Part shown: in pieces, positions 1-8,892 of the stretch | Layout of the letters: each line of letters begins with the position of its first letter | Position numbering within the stretch: the stretch's first letter is position 1 | Origin: a virus | Taxonomy: Duplodnaviria; Caudoviricetes | Direction: 5' to 3' (one strand) | Virus record (IMG/VR): IMGVR_UViG_3300010162_000393 | Coordinates: 1-64,000 of that record | Length of the DNA: 64,000 nt | The notes under the pieces: generated by a model | The model's input: only the letters and a program-made list of their open reading frames with translations | What the model was told of the DNA's origin: nothing | The model's database searches: none | Translations under genes and position numbers: made by a program

Positions 1-102
1 CACCATATTTTTTAAGATTAGTTTCTCTTATTTTTTTTTGAATTTCTTCAGATTGTAGCGGGTGTTCAACACCATATTTTTTAAGATTAGTTTCTCTTAT
101 TT
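1..102. repeat. Direct repeat with a 69-bp period, encoding ETNLKKYG units
   Basis: caccatattttttaagattagtttctcttattt occurs at about 1 and again at 70. Confidence 0.9.
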
Positions 103-283
103 TAATTGTATATGCACATTTTCTACAAAAACAAGTTTTAAAGTAATCTAACCTTTTTATTGTTTTAAGAACAATATCAGCACATCCATCACATTTACAT
201 GGTAGTTTTGTGTGGATATTCTCATACCCATCCCAGTCCAATACCATTGGATAATCTTCTCTAACTATAATTCTTAACGGCAT
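1..283 (-). CDS. KYG-repeat protein with Cys-x2-Cys pairs (5' part only; probably a homing-endonuclease-like repeat protein)
   Basis: Not in the ORF track because it runs off the window. Manual translation from ATG at 283: MPLRIIVREDYPMVLDWDGYENIHTKLPCKCDGC...CFCRKCAYTIKIRETNLKKYGVEHPLQSEEIQKKIRETNLKKYG. It has a 69-bp/23-aa repeat period. Confidence 0.7.
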   Translation of the reverse strand, partial: MPLRIIVREDYPMVLDWDGYENIHTKLPCKCDGCADIVLKTIKRLDYFKTCFCRKCAYTIKIRETNLKKYGVEHPLQSEEIQKKIRETNLKKYG

Positions 284-288
284 AAATA

Positions 289-296
289 CAAATATA
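289..296 (-). promoter_or_regulatory. Bacteroidota-type -7 promoter element (TATATTTG)
   Basis: Matches TAnnTTTG, 5 nt upstream of the ATG at 283. No clear -33 box. Confidence 0.45.
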
Positions 297-328
297 CGAT
301 ATTATTCATAAATAAAACATGAAAATAA

Positions 329-338
329 TTTTCTGATC
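329..338 (-). promoter_or_regulatory. GATCAGAAAA recurrent upstream motif
   Basis: One of eight minus-strand copies noticed, each upstream of a minus-strand gene start. Confidence 0.5.
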
Positions 339-372
339 CTAAATCTTTGGGTTTGTTTTATTGAACTACACT

Positions 373-381
373 CTATTTATA
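373..381 (+). promoter_or_regulatory. CTATTTAT putative late-promoter motif
   Basis: The same octamer precedes plus-strand genes at 9539, 23498, 34372 and 51831. Confidence 0.55.
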
Positions 382-396
382 AAAAAATAAAATACT

Positions 397-519
397 ATGG
401 TAAAGATGCACAAATATTATAATGAATGGTATTATGGCGAATACGCCGTAAATAGTTCCATTTTTCGCTACGGAAATAGTGTAGATTTATATAGAATCCG
501 TCGCCATAGGTACGAATAA
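397..519 (+). CDS. Possible 40-aa small or leader ORF
   Basis: ATG at 397 to TAA at 519, directly after the CTATTTAT motif. It overlaps a structured GC-richer segment. Confidence 0.3.
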   Translation: MVKMHKYYNEWYYGEYAVNSSIFRYGNSVDLYRIRRHRYE

Positions 520-533
520 TTTAAAATATTGTC

Positions 534-2450
534 ATGAAAATAATACCAAAACTTGGTGGTAAGATTAATGAGTATGTACTGAATGAAGCGGAACTTGTAG
601 TTGGGGCAAAACCATCGGATAGTAGTGAGACAACAGAACCAATGGGACAAGAAATTTCACGTATCGTTCCAAAACTTGATAAGGATAAAGACACGATAAG
701 TGTTAGTACAGATGTATTTGAATCCAATATACAGGAGTATAAGATAAAGGATATGAACCGATATGATACTTGGAAAGATGTATTTACTAAAGGTGTTCAG
801 GATGAAAAATGGAGAAAAAGTGGATTCATAAAAGTTGATTCTTATTATCTATCTCAAAATGTACCATTTACTGATAGTGATTTAAAATTTATTGAAAAAA
901 CATATTTTACACCTGGTTTTATAACACAAGATGTGCTTGGTGCTTATGGTGTTATATTGAAAAACGCTATTGGTCGCCGTTCTATATTATCAGAAGAGAT
1001 GAAAGTAAAAATAACTGAATTTGATAAAAGGTTAAAGGCACTAGTTAGAGGAACAGATATTAATAAGAAAAAAGAAATAAGTACAACGTTTGATCCTGCT
1101 AAAATTGCACGTTATCTTGTATGGCAAGGTAAAGATTCTTGGGCAGGTAATTTAGGAAATACGATGCGACTTGAAGAAAATGAAAAAGTTATTGGTTTAA
1201 TGTTAAGAAAAGAAACAGATAATATTTTAAGAGGTGGAAGTGAAAACTCTGCTATAACAAACGAATTATACGAACTAATTAAAAAACAAAGTTTAACTAA
1301 AACAAAGGCAAAAAATAAGGGTCTAGATGAAATAGAAGTAAAAGATTATATTCCTGTTAATGAATTAATATTATATGCTGTTCTAATTAGAGATACTGAA
1401 CTTGTAAATATAGCAATTAGCGCGGAAAAACAAAAAATAGATTTACAAAAACAGGGTAGAATAAAGGGTAAATTTACCAAAGTATTAGGAACAATGTTAT
1501 CCGATTTAGTTAAGGAAGAAGGAATGGAAGAAATCAAAAGTATATTATCAAGTGCAGGTTTAATATCATCATCCGAAGAAAAAATAATTCCAAAATTAGA
1601 AAATAGAACTATGGGTAAAACAATAATAATATCCGAAAGGCAAGCACAAATATTATCCTTACTAAGATTAAGAGAAAACAGCAATGCTATAAATGCAACG
1701 AAAGGTTCTGGTTACACAACACCTAAAGTTGGTGGTTATACTGCTCAACCGGGAGGTGGAACAGACCATGCAGCAGATTTGGAAAAAAAACGTAATAAGG
1801 GAAGACCGGCAGTAGATGCTACTAAAGATCAATTCAAACCGACCGATAAAATAGAAAAATCATTGATAGTTGATAAGGATAAGGTTTGTGATACTAAAAA
1901 GTTGAATGATTATTTCGTTAAGGAAGGTGTTGATTATTACAAAATAGTAAGTAAAAAAGATTTACTAAAAGAGTTTTTTTTTGCTGACGCACCGCCACCA
2001 CCTGATACCTACAAAGATCCATATGCTGATGCGGAATATCGTTATATAAATCAATCACCACATGATAAAGCAGTAAAAGATAGTTCAAAACTTGCTGCTC
2101 CGTGGCCAACCTGTCAAACAGATACTGCGGGAATCGAAAATTTTGTAAAAACTAATATAATGGGTAGTGATAATTATGATAGGATAATACAAAAAAATAA
2201 AGAAACTAGAGAAAAAACTGATAGTATTACTAATTCAGTAATACAAAAATATATTGATAATAATGTTATTAAACCAACAAAAAGTACGAGACCTAATACT
2301 AAAAGTTTTACTTTAGTAGATGAACCTGAAACCAGAGAGGAATTTATGAAAATATCAGATGAAATTGAAAGTGAATTACCAAAACATATTAGTGTTGGAA
2401 GAACAAGAAGAGATGGTGCTTATATAATAACTTTTCATTTAAGTAATTAA
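534..2450 (+). CDS. Hypothetical protein, probably virion (head-internal); carries an internal IIISERQ motif
   Basis: 638-aa ORF. Internal MGKTIIISERQ matches the N-terminus of the next gene. IxPKL occurs three times. Confidence 0.75.
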   Translation: MKIIPKLGGKINEYVLNEAELVVGAKPSDSSETTEPMGQEISRIVPKLDKDKDTISVSTDVFESNIQEYKIKDMNRYDTWKDVFTKGVQDEKWRKSGFIKVDSYYLSQNVPFTDSDLKFIEKTYFTPGFITQDVLGAYGVILKNAIGRRSILSEEMKVKITEFDKRLKALVRGTDINKKKEISTTFDPAKIARYLVWQGKDSWAGNLGNTMRLEENEKVIGLMLRKETDNILRGGSENSAITNELYELIKKQSLTKTKAKNKGLDEIEVKDYIPVNELILYAVLIRDTELVNIAISAEKQKIDLQKQGRIKGKFTKVLGTMLSDLVKEEGMEEIKSILSSAGLISSSEEKIIPKLENRTMGKTIIISERQAQILSLLRLRENSNAINATKGSGYTTPKVGGYTAQPGGGTDHAADLEKKRNKGRPAVDATKDQFKPTDKIEKSLIVDKDKVCDTKKLNDYFVKEGVDYYKIVSKKDLLKEFFFADAPPPPDTYKDPYADAEYRYINQSPHDKAVKDSSKLAAPWPTCQTDTAGIENFVKTNIMGSDNYDRIIQKNKETREKTDSITNSVIQKYIDNNVIKPTKSTRPNTKSFTLVDEPETREEFMKISDEIESELPKHISVGRTRRDGAYIITFHLSN

Positions 2451-2452
2451 AT

Positions 2453-3631
2453 ATGAAAATAATAATATCCGAAAGACAATTAAAATTGATTGAGAAGAAT
2501 ATTCAATCTTCTATCAAAGAAGGGTTGCCAAAAGAACTGTTGAAGCAGATATACAGTGGTAAAACCTCTTTGGGTGATAATCCTGCTTTCCCACCGGAAG
2601 ATGAACTTAAATTTGAGGAGAAATTATTATTACCAACATACGAAAAAATAGTATCTGAAATAAATACTATGTATCCAGAAGTGGATTTGGATGATACAGA
2701 CAAATTTAAAACTATATTATCCAAACTATTAAAAACCTGTCAGGATATTGAAAAACCATTAAAAAGTCAATTGGAATTATTGGTAATGAAAATTACTCAA
2801 AAAATATTCAATGTAACTGAAGAAGATGTTGATTTAACTATTGAAATGGTAGATAAAGTAACTGCCGATGATATTAAAATATCGTTGTTACCTGAAGCAG
2901 ATGATACCGTTGAATTTGAAGGTATTGATGATTTGAAGGGTATAAATGACGACATTTACAAAAGACGTGTTGTTAATTGTTTAATGCAAGGTATTTCAAA
3001 TAGGTATATTCATGCTTATGAACTTTATTTAAAAGATATTTTTGTGTTAAATGATGTGTTATTAGGTGTATATAAACGTATAATACTATTAAACGAATAT
3101 CTTAATTTCGTTACTAATGCTAATAAAGTAGATGAAGATAACATAACATTTGGAAGCACATCTGATGTTATTGTTAGATCTAATGACAAATCTGTGGTTA
3201 CTGTAAAGGGTATGAACTTTATAGCGTTACTTCACGAAACAGTAAAGGCAATGTTAGATTTAATTTCTGTTAATGGGTTGCCAAAGAATGTTGAAAAAAT
3301 GAAATATGTGTTAAAGAAAGCAGATTTCAGATACGCCTCTTATTGGGATATGCGTTTTGGTATATCAATGTGGAATAAAATCGAAGATAAATTAGGGGAT
3401 AGTGAATACACGGACATAATACCATATCTATTTTATGTAATAGTATCTAAACCGACTGACGAATTTAATACTTTTATGCAAAACATATTTGCTAATACTA
3501 GACAAGGTAAAATAGAATTAAAATCTATGGTGGATGGTATTAGGTATAAACTTGATCAAGATAAGTTTGAAGAAGATTTAGAAATAAAAAGAAATGTGTT
3601 GCAAGACGATTCAGGAGAGTTTTTGGTATAA
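2453..3631 (+). CDS. Hypothetical phage protein with an MKIIISERQ N-terminus
   Basis: 392-aa ORF with KRRVVNCLMQG, LLHE and WDMRFG blocks that I recall from large-phage hypothetical proteins. Confidence 0.8.
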   Translation: MKIIISERQLKLIEKNIQSSIKEGLPKELLKQIYSGKTSLGDNPAFPPEDELKFEEKLLLPTYEKIVSEINTMYPEVDLDDTDKFKTILSKLLKTCQDIEKPLKSQLELLVMKITQKIFNVTEEDVDLTIEMVDKVTADDIKISLLPEADDTVEFEGIDDLKGINDDIYKRRVVNCLMQGISNRYIHAYELYLKDIFVLNDVLLGVYKRIILLNEYLNFVTNANKVDEDNITFGSTSDVIVRSNDKSVVTVKGMNFIALLHETVKAMLDLISVNGLPKNVEKMKYVLKKADFRYASYWDMRFGISMWNKIEDKLGDSEYTDIIPYLFYVIVSKPTDEFNTFMQNIFANTRQGKIELKSMVDGIRYKLDQDKFEEDLEIKRNVLQDDSGEFLV

Positions 3632-4117
3632 AAACAAATGTTTTGGATGAACAATATCTTCTAATTCTTCATATGTTGCCCACATAAATCCATCATTTTC
3701 TGGTATAATATGTTTAATATTATCCACCTCAACTTCAATAGTATTTGAATAACATTTTTCTGGGTTTAAATCCCATGTACATTCCAATGAAAAGGCGTGA
3801 ACTGTTTTATCTCTTCTTTGTGATATTTTACCAGAGTATTCTATGATATTAATTAGTGGATTAAGGTCTGTTTTATCACCTGTTTCCTCATGATATTCTC
3901 TAATTGCTGTATATAATGCTGCGTCACGTTCAGGTTTTCCTGTTACAGAATACGAAAACTTGTACCAGTCGCTTTCTTCTACATTTCCTTTCGGAAATCC
4001 CCAGAAACCTCCTTTGTCAATTGTCCTGTAGAATACACCACCAGGATGTACTAAAAAAAATTCTCTTTCTGATGATGTTCTGTCTCGATATAATATTAAT
4101 CCACTACTGTGATTCAA
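3611..4117 (-). CDS. NUDIX hydrolase (predicted NTP pyrophosphohydrolase type)
   Basis: SSGLILYR, LVHPGG and WGFPKG...REYHEETG Nudix box. TTG start. Confidence 0.85.
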   Translation of the reverse strand: MNHSSGLILYRDRTSSEREFFLVHPGGVFYRTIDKGGFWGFPKGNVEESDWYKFSYSVTGKPERDAALYTAIREYHEETGDKTDLNPLINIIEYSGKISQRRDKTVHAFSLECTWDLNPEKCYSNTIEVEVDNIKHIIPENDGFMWATYEELEDIVHPKHLFLYQKLS

Positions 4118-4163
4118 AACACTTCAATTATTACATTTATGTTTATAAATATAACGATATTCG

Positions 4164-5255
4164 TTATTTGAAAGATTTAGATAACTTTAATTCATCTATC
4201 TTCTTCCGATCAGACTTATCTAAACTGCTTGGAAATTTATAGTTAAAAACTATATACATATCACCGGATCTACTTTGATTTGCGATAGGTATTCCCTTAC
4301 CAGTGTATCTGATTGAGTGGTTTGGTGGACAATTCTGAGGAACATCTACTTTCATTTTATCTCCCATTGGGGATAGGATTTCGACTGTTGTTCCTGTAAT
4401 AATATCTAAAATAGGAATTTCTAAATGTCTTACCAGATTATATTGATCAACTTGGTATTCTCCGCTATTGATACTTCCTATTATAATTTTCAGGTCGCCA
4501 TTAACTCCGTTATATGCTTTGGGAAGTTCGTGTCCCATATTTTTGTTAAGTAACACAACGTCTTTTGTTACACCTCTTGGTATTTGTACAGTAACAACTT
4601 CTTCTTTTTCTTCCAATCCGCTACCGCCACAATTTCTACAATTACTTGACCCACTTTTTATTTTCCCAACGCCACCACAACTTGGACATGGTCCTGATTG
4701 TTGAAAGAACATATTTCCCATCCGTTGGGAACTCATTACCATGCCTGAACCACCACATGTGTTGCAGTTTTGAAGATTTCCGCCATCACAGTGTTTACAA
4801 ACTACTTTACGTTTATATTTGTATTTCTTTTCTGTTCCTCTGAAAACATCTTTAATATCTAATGTTATTCGGATAATAGCATCCTCTCCTTTGTATTGTT
4901 GTTGTCCTTGATGAAAACTATTAAATCCGGTGTTACCAAATCCACTGTTTCTGAAAAATGATTGTAGAACATCATCAAGATCAGCATGCATATTAAAATT
5001 ACTGTAATTGAAACCAGATGTACTACCTGTCATATCATATTGCATTCTTTTTTGAGGATCTGACAGAACATCTTTTGCTTCGGCAATTTTTTTGAATTTA
5101 TCTTCCGCAGTCTTTTTTTCATTCGGGTCCTGAAACTTATCCGGATGATATTGTACGGCGTATACTTTATATTGACGCTTAACCACTGCTTCAAAATCTT
5201 TTCCTTGTAATCTTTTTTCTTCTGGGGTTATACCCAGCACATCATATAAACTCAT
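4164..5255 (-). CDS. dnaJ: DnaJ/Hsp40 chaperone
   Basis: J-domain (YDVLG, HPD, VLSDPQKRMQYD), G/F region, four CxxC zinc motifs and a C-terminal domain. Start moved from 5342 to the ATG at 5255 (MSLYDVLG) because a terminator lies between them. Confidence 0.93.
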   Translation of the reverse strand: MSLYDVLGITPEEKRLQGKDFEAVVKRQYKVYAVQYHPDKFQDPNEKKTAEDKFKKIAEAKDVLSDPQKRMQYDMTGSTSGFNYSNFNMHADLDDVLQSFFRNSGFGNTGFNSFHQGQQQYKGEDAIIRITLDIKDVFRGTEKKYKYKRKVVCKHCDGGNLQNCNTCGGSGMVMSSQRMGNMFFQQSGPCPSCGGVGKIKSGSSNCRNCGGSGLEEKEEVVTVQIPRGVTKDVVLLNKNMGHELPKAYNGVNGDLKIIIGSINSGEYQVDQYNLVRHLEIPILDIITGTTVEILSPMGDKMKVDVPQNCPPNHSIRYTGKGIPIANQSRSGDMYIVFNYKFPSSLDKSDRKKIDELKLSKSFK

Positions 5256-5302
5256 ATTTAACTTTTTTAAATAATAAATATAATCAGTTATAAATATACA
5301 AT

Positions 5303-5333
5303 AAAAAAGGGTACCCCACAAGTGAGATACCCC
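5303..5333 (-). terminator. Rho-independent terminator after the parB-like gene
   Basis: Minus strand reads GGGTATCTCAC-TT-GTGGGGTACCC-TTTTTT: a stem with G-U pairs followed by a U tract. Confidence 0.75.
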
Positions 5334-5352
5334 ATTTTTCAACCTAATCGCT

Positions 5353-6357
5353 TTATACTTCTTCGTTTACCGCTACTTTTTCGTCGTCAAGTAATGACGA
5401 ACCAAAAATGTGGTTTATAGCGTTTTGCATAGATTGACCGGAACGCAAATCTTCTAACAAGTCGTTAAGTTGTTCGCGTGTGAAATTCCATCTGCTCAAT
5501 GTATCTGTTACCAAACTAATCGCGTTGATTAGGCGTTCTTCCGCTGTTTGTTTAATATCCAAATACTTTGTCACGTTCAACTTACCGCTTTTGCCGGTAT
5601 CACCTTCTTCTTCTTCCGCCATCATAATCGCCCTTTCCAAACGGTTGCTTACTTCCTTTTTACGTGTGTAATCGTCAAGCATACCTTCTTCTTTTACTTT
5701 TTTGTCAAGTTGTCGAACATTGTTGGCGGTGACGTTATTTTTTTCGTCTTTAACTGCTTCTATAACGCTTTCGTCATATTCTAACAATTCAAGACAACTT
5801 TTCACATGGTTAACGCTTTTACCCAATCTTTGGGCAATTTCATCTTCCGTCAATCCAATTCGCAAGAACTTTTTGTAAGCGGTACCAAGTTCAATCGGAG
5901 AAAAACGTAAACTTTCGTTGGCATTTAACATATCCGAAATTCTGTCTGCTTCGTTGTTACCGGTTCTTTCCAACATTACAGGAACTCTGCAAATTGCTTT
6001 ATCAGTTCCTTCGAGTGAAGTAACCGCCCTAAAGCGACACTCCCCATCAATAATAATGTATTTGTAAACAGGTTCTCCATTTTCGGGGTTTTTTCCAATA
6101 TGCTCCCTTCGACATTCCAACGGGGTTAAAACTCCGTTTACAGCAATGTTTGCTGCCAACATTTCAATATGTTCCTTAACTCTTGTGGTTTGAAAATCAC
6201 GAACATTATGATTTTCATCAATCGTAATAAATCTTGGGTCCACCTGGTAAACATCATTCCTTTTGGTTTTGTTTGCCACTGTAGCAACATTCAAAATGTC
6301 ATTACTACTCTTCAACACGACTACGTCGTTCACTAAATCTAAATTTGTATCTTCCAT
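5353..6357 (-). CDS. ParB/RepB/Spo0J-family protein
   Basis: NVR motif, GVLTPL, IIDGECRFRA (GxxRxxA CTP-binding motif), NE, and a downstream HTH (LTEDEIAQRLGKSVNHV). Confidence 0.88.
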   Translation of the reverse strand: MEDTNLDLVNDVVVLKSSNDILNVATVANKTKRNDVYQVDPRFITIDENHNVRDFQTTRVKEHIEMLAANIAVNGVLTPLECRREHIGKNPENGEPVYKYIIIDGECRFRAVTSLEGTDKAICRVPVMLERTGNNEADRISDMLNANESLRFSPIELGTAYKKFLRIGLTEDEIAQRLGKSVNHVKSCLELLEYDESVIEAVKDEKNNVTANNVRQLDKKVKEEGMLDDYTRKKEVSNRLERAIMMAEEEEGDTGKSGKLNVTKYLDIKQTAEERLINAISLVTDTLSRWNFTREQLNDLLEDLRSGQSMQNAINHIFGSSLLDDEKVAVNEEV

Positions 6358-6399
6358 TTTATTTATTAAATTAGGTTAAAAAAATTTTTTAATACGTTC

Positions 6400-7284
6400 T
6401 CAATAAAATTTCAATAATTTTTTCTGATCACTCTTATGCCCCGTCCTACGAAAAGCATTTCTCATTTTCCGCATAGACCTGTGGTAATAATTTGAAACTC
6501 GGTGATTTGGGATACCCAATTTTTCTGCTATATCACTGAATTTGGTCAAAGGTTCGTAGTCTATACCATAGTATAGTTTTACGATTTCTTGTTCTGTATA
6601 AGTAAGATATTCCAAATACCTTCCAACAAGATATTTGTTATAATCCTCATTAATAACATTTACAATTTCATTACAAGATGAGTATGCGCTGTTAAATTCG
6701 TTGATACCGGAAACATATTGTTCATCATCTGCTGGAATGTCGATTGAAATAGAAAAAATGTTTGATAAATCATTTTCATCTACCAATATGTTAAACATTT
6801 CTTCAAGTTTCTGTTTAACTATATTGTTATTTGCTTCGATACCTTCTACTGCGAGAATTTTTTCTATTTCTTTAATCCGCTTTTTCAGTTGCGGATCAAT
6901 TCGTTTATGTATCAAACATTTCTTATTGATATATTGTGAAATATATGAATATATCCAATTGACCGCATAACTTATGAATTTGAAACCATAGGTGACATCA
7001 AACCTTTCAAGGGCAATTAATAAACCGATATTACCCTCAGATATCATATCCATTAGTTCAATATCTGTAAAGGCAAATTTCTTAGCTACTGCCACAACAA
7101 AACGTTGATTACATTGAACGATTTTATCCCTACTTTTCATATCACCATTTCTGTAAGCGTGAAAAAGTTCTACTTCTTCATCCGGTGATAGAATAGGATA
7201 AGAACTAATATCATTATAATATTTGTTTAGAAGGTCGCTTCTATGAAAATTTTTTGGGGTTACTCTTGTGTTGATTCTACGCAT
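6400..7284 (-). CDS. Sigma70 (RpoD/SigA-like) RNA polymerase sigma factor, copy 2
   Basis: Region 1.2 (LNKYYNDI..LSPDEEVEL), NQRFVVAVAKK, DMISEGNIGL, FKFISYAV and a region-4 HTH. Likely start is the ATG at 7284, overlapping the upstream stop. Confidence 0.9.
   Translation of the reverse strand: MRRINTRVTPKNFHRSDLLNKYYNDISSYPILSPDEEVELFHAYRNGDMKSRDKIVQCNQRFVVAVAKKFAFTDIELMDMISEGNIGLLIALERFDVTYGFKFISYAVNWIYSYISQYINKKCLIHKRIDPQLKKRIKEIEKILAVEGIEANNNIVKQKLEEMFNILVDENDLSNIFSISIDIPADDEQYVSGINEFNSAYSSCNEIVNVINEDYNKYLVGRYLEYLTYTEQEIVKLYYGIDYEPLTKFSDIAEKLGIPNHRVSNYYHRSMRKMRNAFRRTGHKSDQKKLLKFY
6418..6430 (-). promoter_or_regulatory. TGATCAGAAAAAA recurrent upstream motif
   Basis: Lies inside the 3' end of sigma copy 2, about 60 nt upstream of the parB start. 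Confidence 0.55.
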
Positions 7285-8338
7285 TTTTTTTGTACGAATA
7301 ATACGTGTGAACAATTTCAATAGAATTACACAACGTGTCTTGGATACTTTCTGGACTAAATACCGTTATTTTTGAAATTTGCATTGGAGTCATTTTCTTA
7401 TTCAAATGGTATCCCAAAAGAATTATTTCTACCTTATTCAGTAGTGTCACATATTTCTTTATGTCGGTTATTTCGCTTATTTTTGATCTTATCCGTAATA
7501 TTTCAAGCGCATTTTTTTGTATTTGTCTAATTCTTTCGGTGGTATATGAATATTTTTCTGCAATATCATCTAATGTATATTGTGAAAAAGAGTTAATACC
7601 ATGTGTTAATTCGATAATTCTCCTTTCAAATGGTAATAATATTGTTATATATTCATTTATCATCGATTTATTATCTTCATCTTCCATTAAAACATTCGCT
7701 CTATTTTCCGTATAAAACAAGTTATTGAAGTCATTTTCTGTTGGGGAAAAGTCTGAATGGTCGTCATAACCACCTATCGGTATATCAATAGAATTAATGG
7801 ATAAATCATACAAATCACTTTTTTCTATTATCTTAATATTGTATTGAGAATCCAATTCTTCCATCATTTCAATATCACTGATTTCTCTACCTTCAACGTT
7901 TCTGAATTTTTCCTTAATTTTATCAACATAAAATGTTGTCTTTTGTAAATTAGTTTTGGTTACTAATTCATTACCCATTAAAAATGCTTTGATTTCTCTT
8001 TGGATATACCATACAGCAAATGTTATGAACTTGTAACCGCTGTTGATATCAAATTTATCAATAGCTATTATTAATCCGATATTTCCCTCGCTGATTAAAT
8101 CAAGCAAATTTGTGTTGTTTGCAAATTTTTTCGCAACAGAAACAACAAATCTCTGATTTGATACTATTATTTTATTCTTAGCACTAAGATCGTTATTCTC
8201 TTTATATGCTTTGAATAACTCAACTTCCTGTTCTCTTGATAAAACTTGTTTACCTCGTATATCATTATAATAAGCGTTTAGTATATGAGAATTTTCGGTG
8301 AAAAAACCGACTTTTTTGGTATTGATTCGTCCTTTCAT
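7277..8338 (-). CDS. Sigma70 (RpoD/SigA-like) RNA polymerase sigma factor, copy 1
   Basis: SNQRFVVSVAKK, DLISEGNIGLIIAIDKFD, YKFITFAVW, region 4 TLDDIA...TTERIRQI, and a C-terminal extension. Confidence 0.92.
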   Translation of the reverse strand: MKGRINTKKVGFFTENSHILNAYYNDIRGKQVLSREQEVELFKAYKENNDLSAKNKIIVSNQRFVVSVAKKFANNTNLLDLISEGNIGLIIAIDKFDINSGYKFITFAVWYIQREIKAFLMGNELVTKTNLQKTTFYVDKIKEKFRNVEGREISDIEMMEELDSQYNIKIIEKSDLYDLSINSIDIPIGGYDDHSDFSPTENDFNNLFYTENRANVLMEDEDNKSMINEYITILLPFERRIIELTHGINSFSQYTLDDIAEKYSYTTERIRQIQKNALEILRIRSKISEITDIKKYVTLLNKVEIILLGYHLNKKMTPMQISKITVFSPESIQDTLCNSIEIVHTYYSYKKNA

Positions 8339-8404
8339 GTTGTTATATTTTTGATTAGGTTTGAAATTTCAAGATAAGAAAAGAGACAATAAAGAAAGTA
8401 AAAA

Positions 8405-8416
8405 TTTTTCTGATCA
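8405..8416 (-). promoter_or_regulatory. TGATCAGAAAAA recurrent upstream motif
   Basis: Intergenic, about 67 nt upstream of sigma copy 1. Shares AAGAGTGATCAGAAAAA with the 6418 copy. Confidence 0.6.
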
Positions 8417-8445
8417 CTCTTTTTTTGGTATGGTTCTATTCATGG

Positions 8446-8892
8446 TTAATGTCTTTTGAAATCTAAATACTTTGGTTTTGTAGGTTTATAATCAGTATCC
8501 CACAAACTACTTGTTATCATCAAGTCTGCGCTGTGTCTGTTACACGCCACAGGAACATTATGAATACGACATTGCCTTAACAACGCCTGTATGTCGGATT
8601 CGTGTGGGTTTGGATTCAAGTCGTCAATTAGGAAAATACAGAAATTGATATTCCCATTTACAACTTGAGCACCAAGTTCCAAGTCACCACCGATTGGACC
8701 TGATTTATAGAGGATAACATTTGTATTCGTACAACCTTCCTCTTCAAACATTTTTTTAACTAACCTGCCGGTTGTTCCGGTACAATATAGGTTGTGTTTA
8801 CAAAGAAATTTTACATTGTGTCTTGCCCATTCTATCATATCTACTTTTCTTCTGTCGTGTGATACAATGGCGATGTTTAATATTTTTTCCAT
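8446..8892 (-). CDS. mgsA: Methylglyoxal synthase
   Basis: IAIVSHDRRK, TGTTG, SGPIGGD, FLIDDLNPNPHESDIQALLR, NVPVACN: all hallmark MgsA motifs. Confidence 0.93.
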   Translation of the reverse strand: MEKILNIAIVSHDRRKVDMIEWARHNVKFLCKHNLYCTGTTGRLVKKMFEEEGCTNTNVILYKSGPIGGDLELGAQVVNGNINFCIFLIDDLNPNPHESDIQALLRQCRIHNVPVACNRHSADLMITSSLWDTDYKPTKPKYLDFKRH

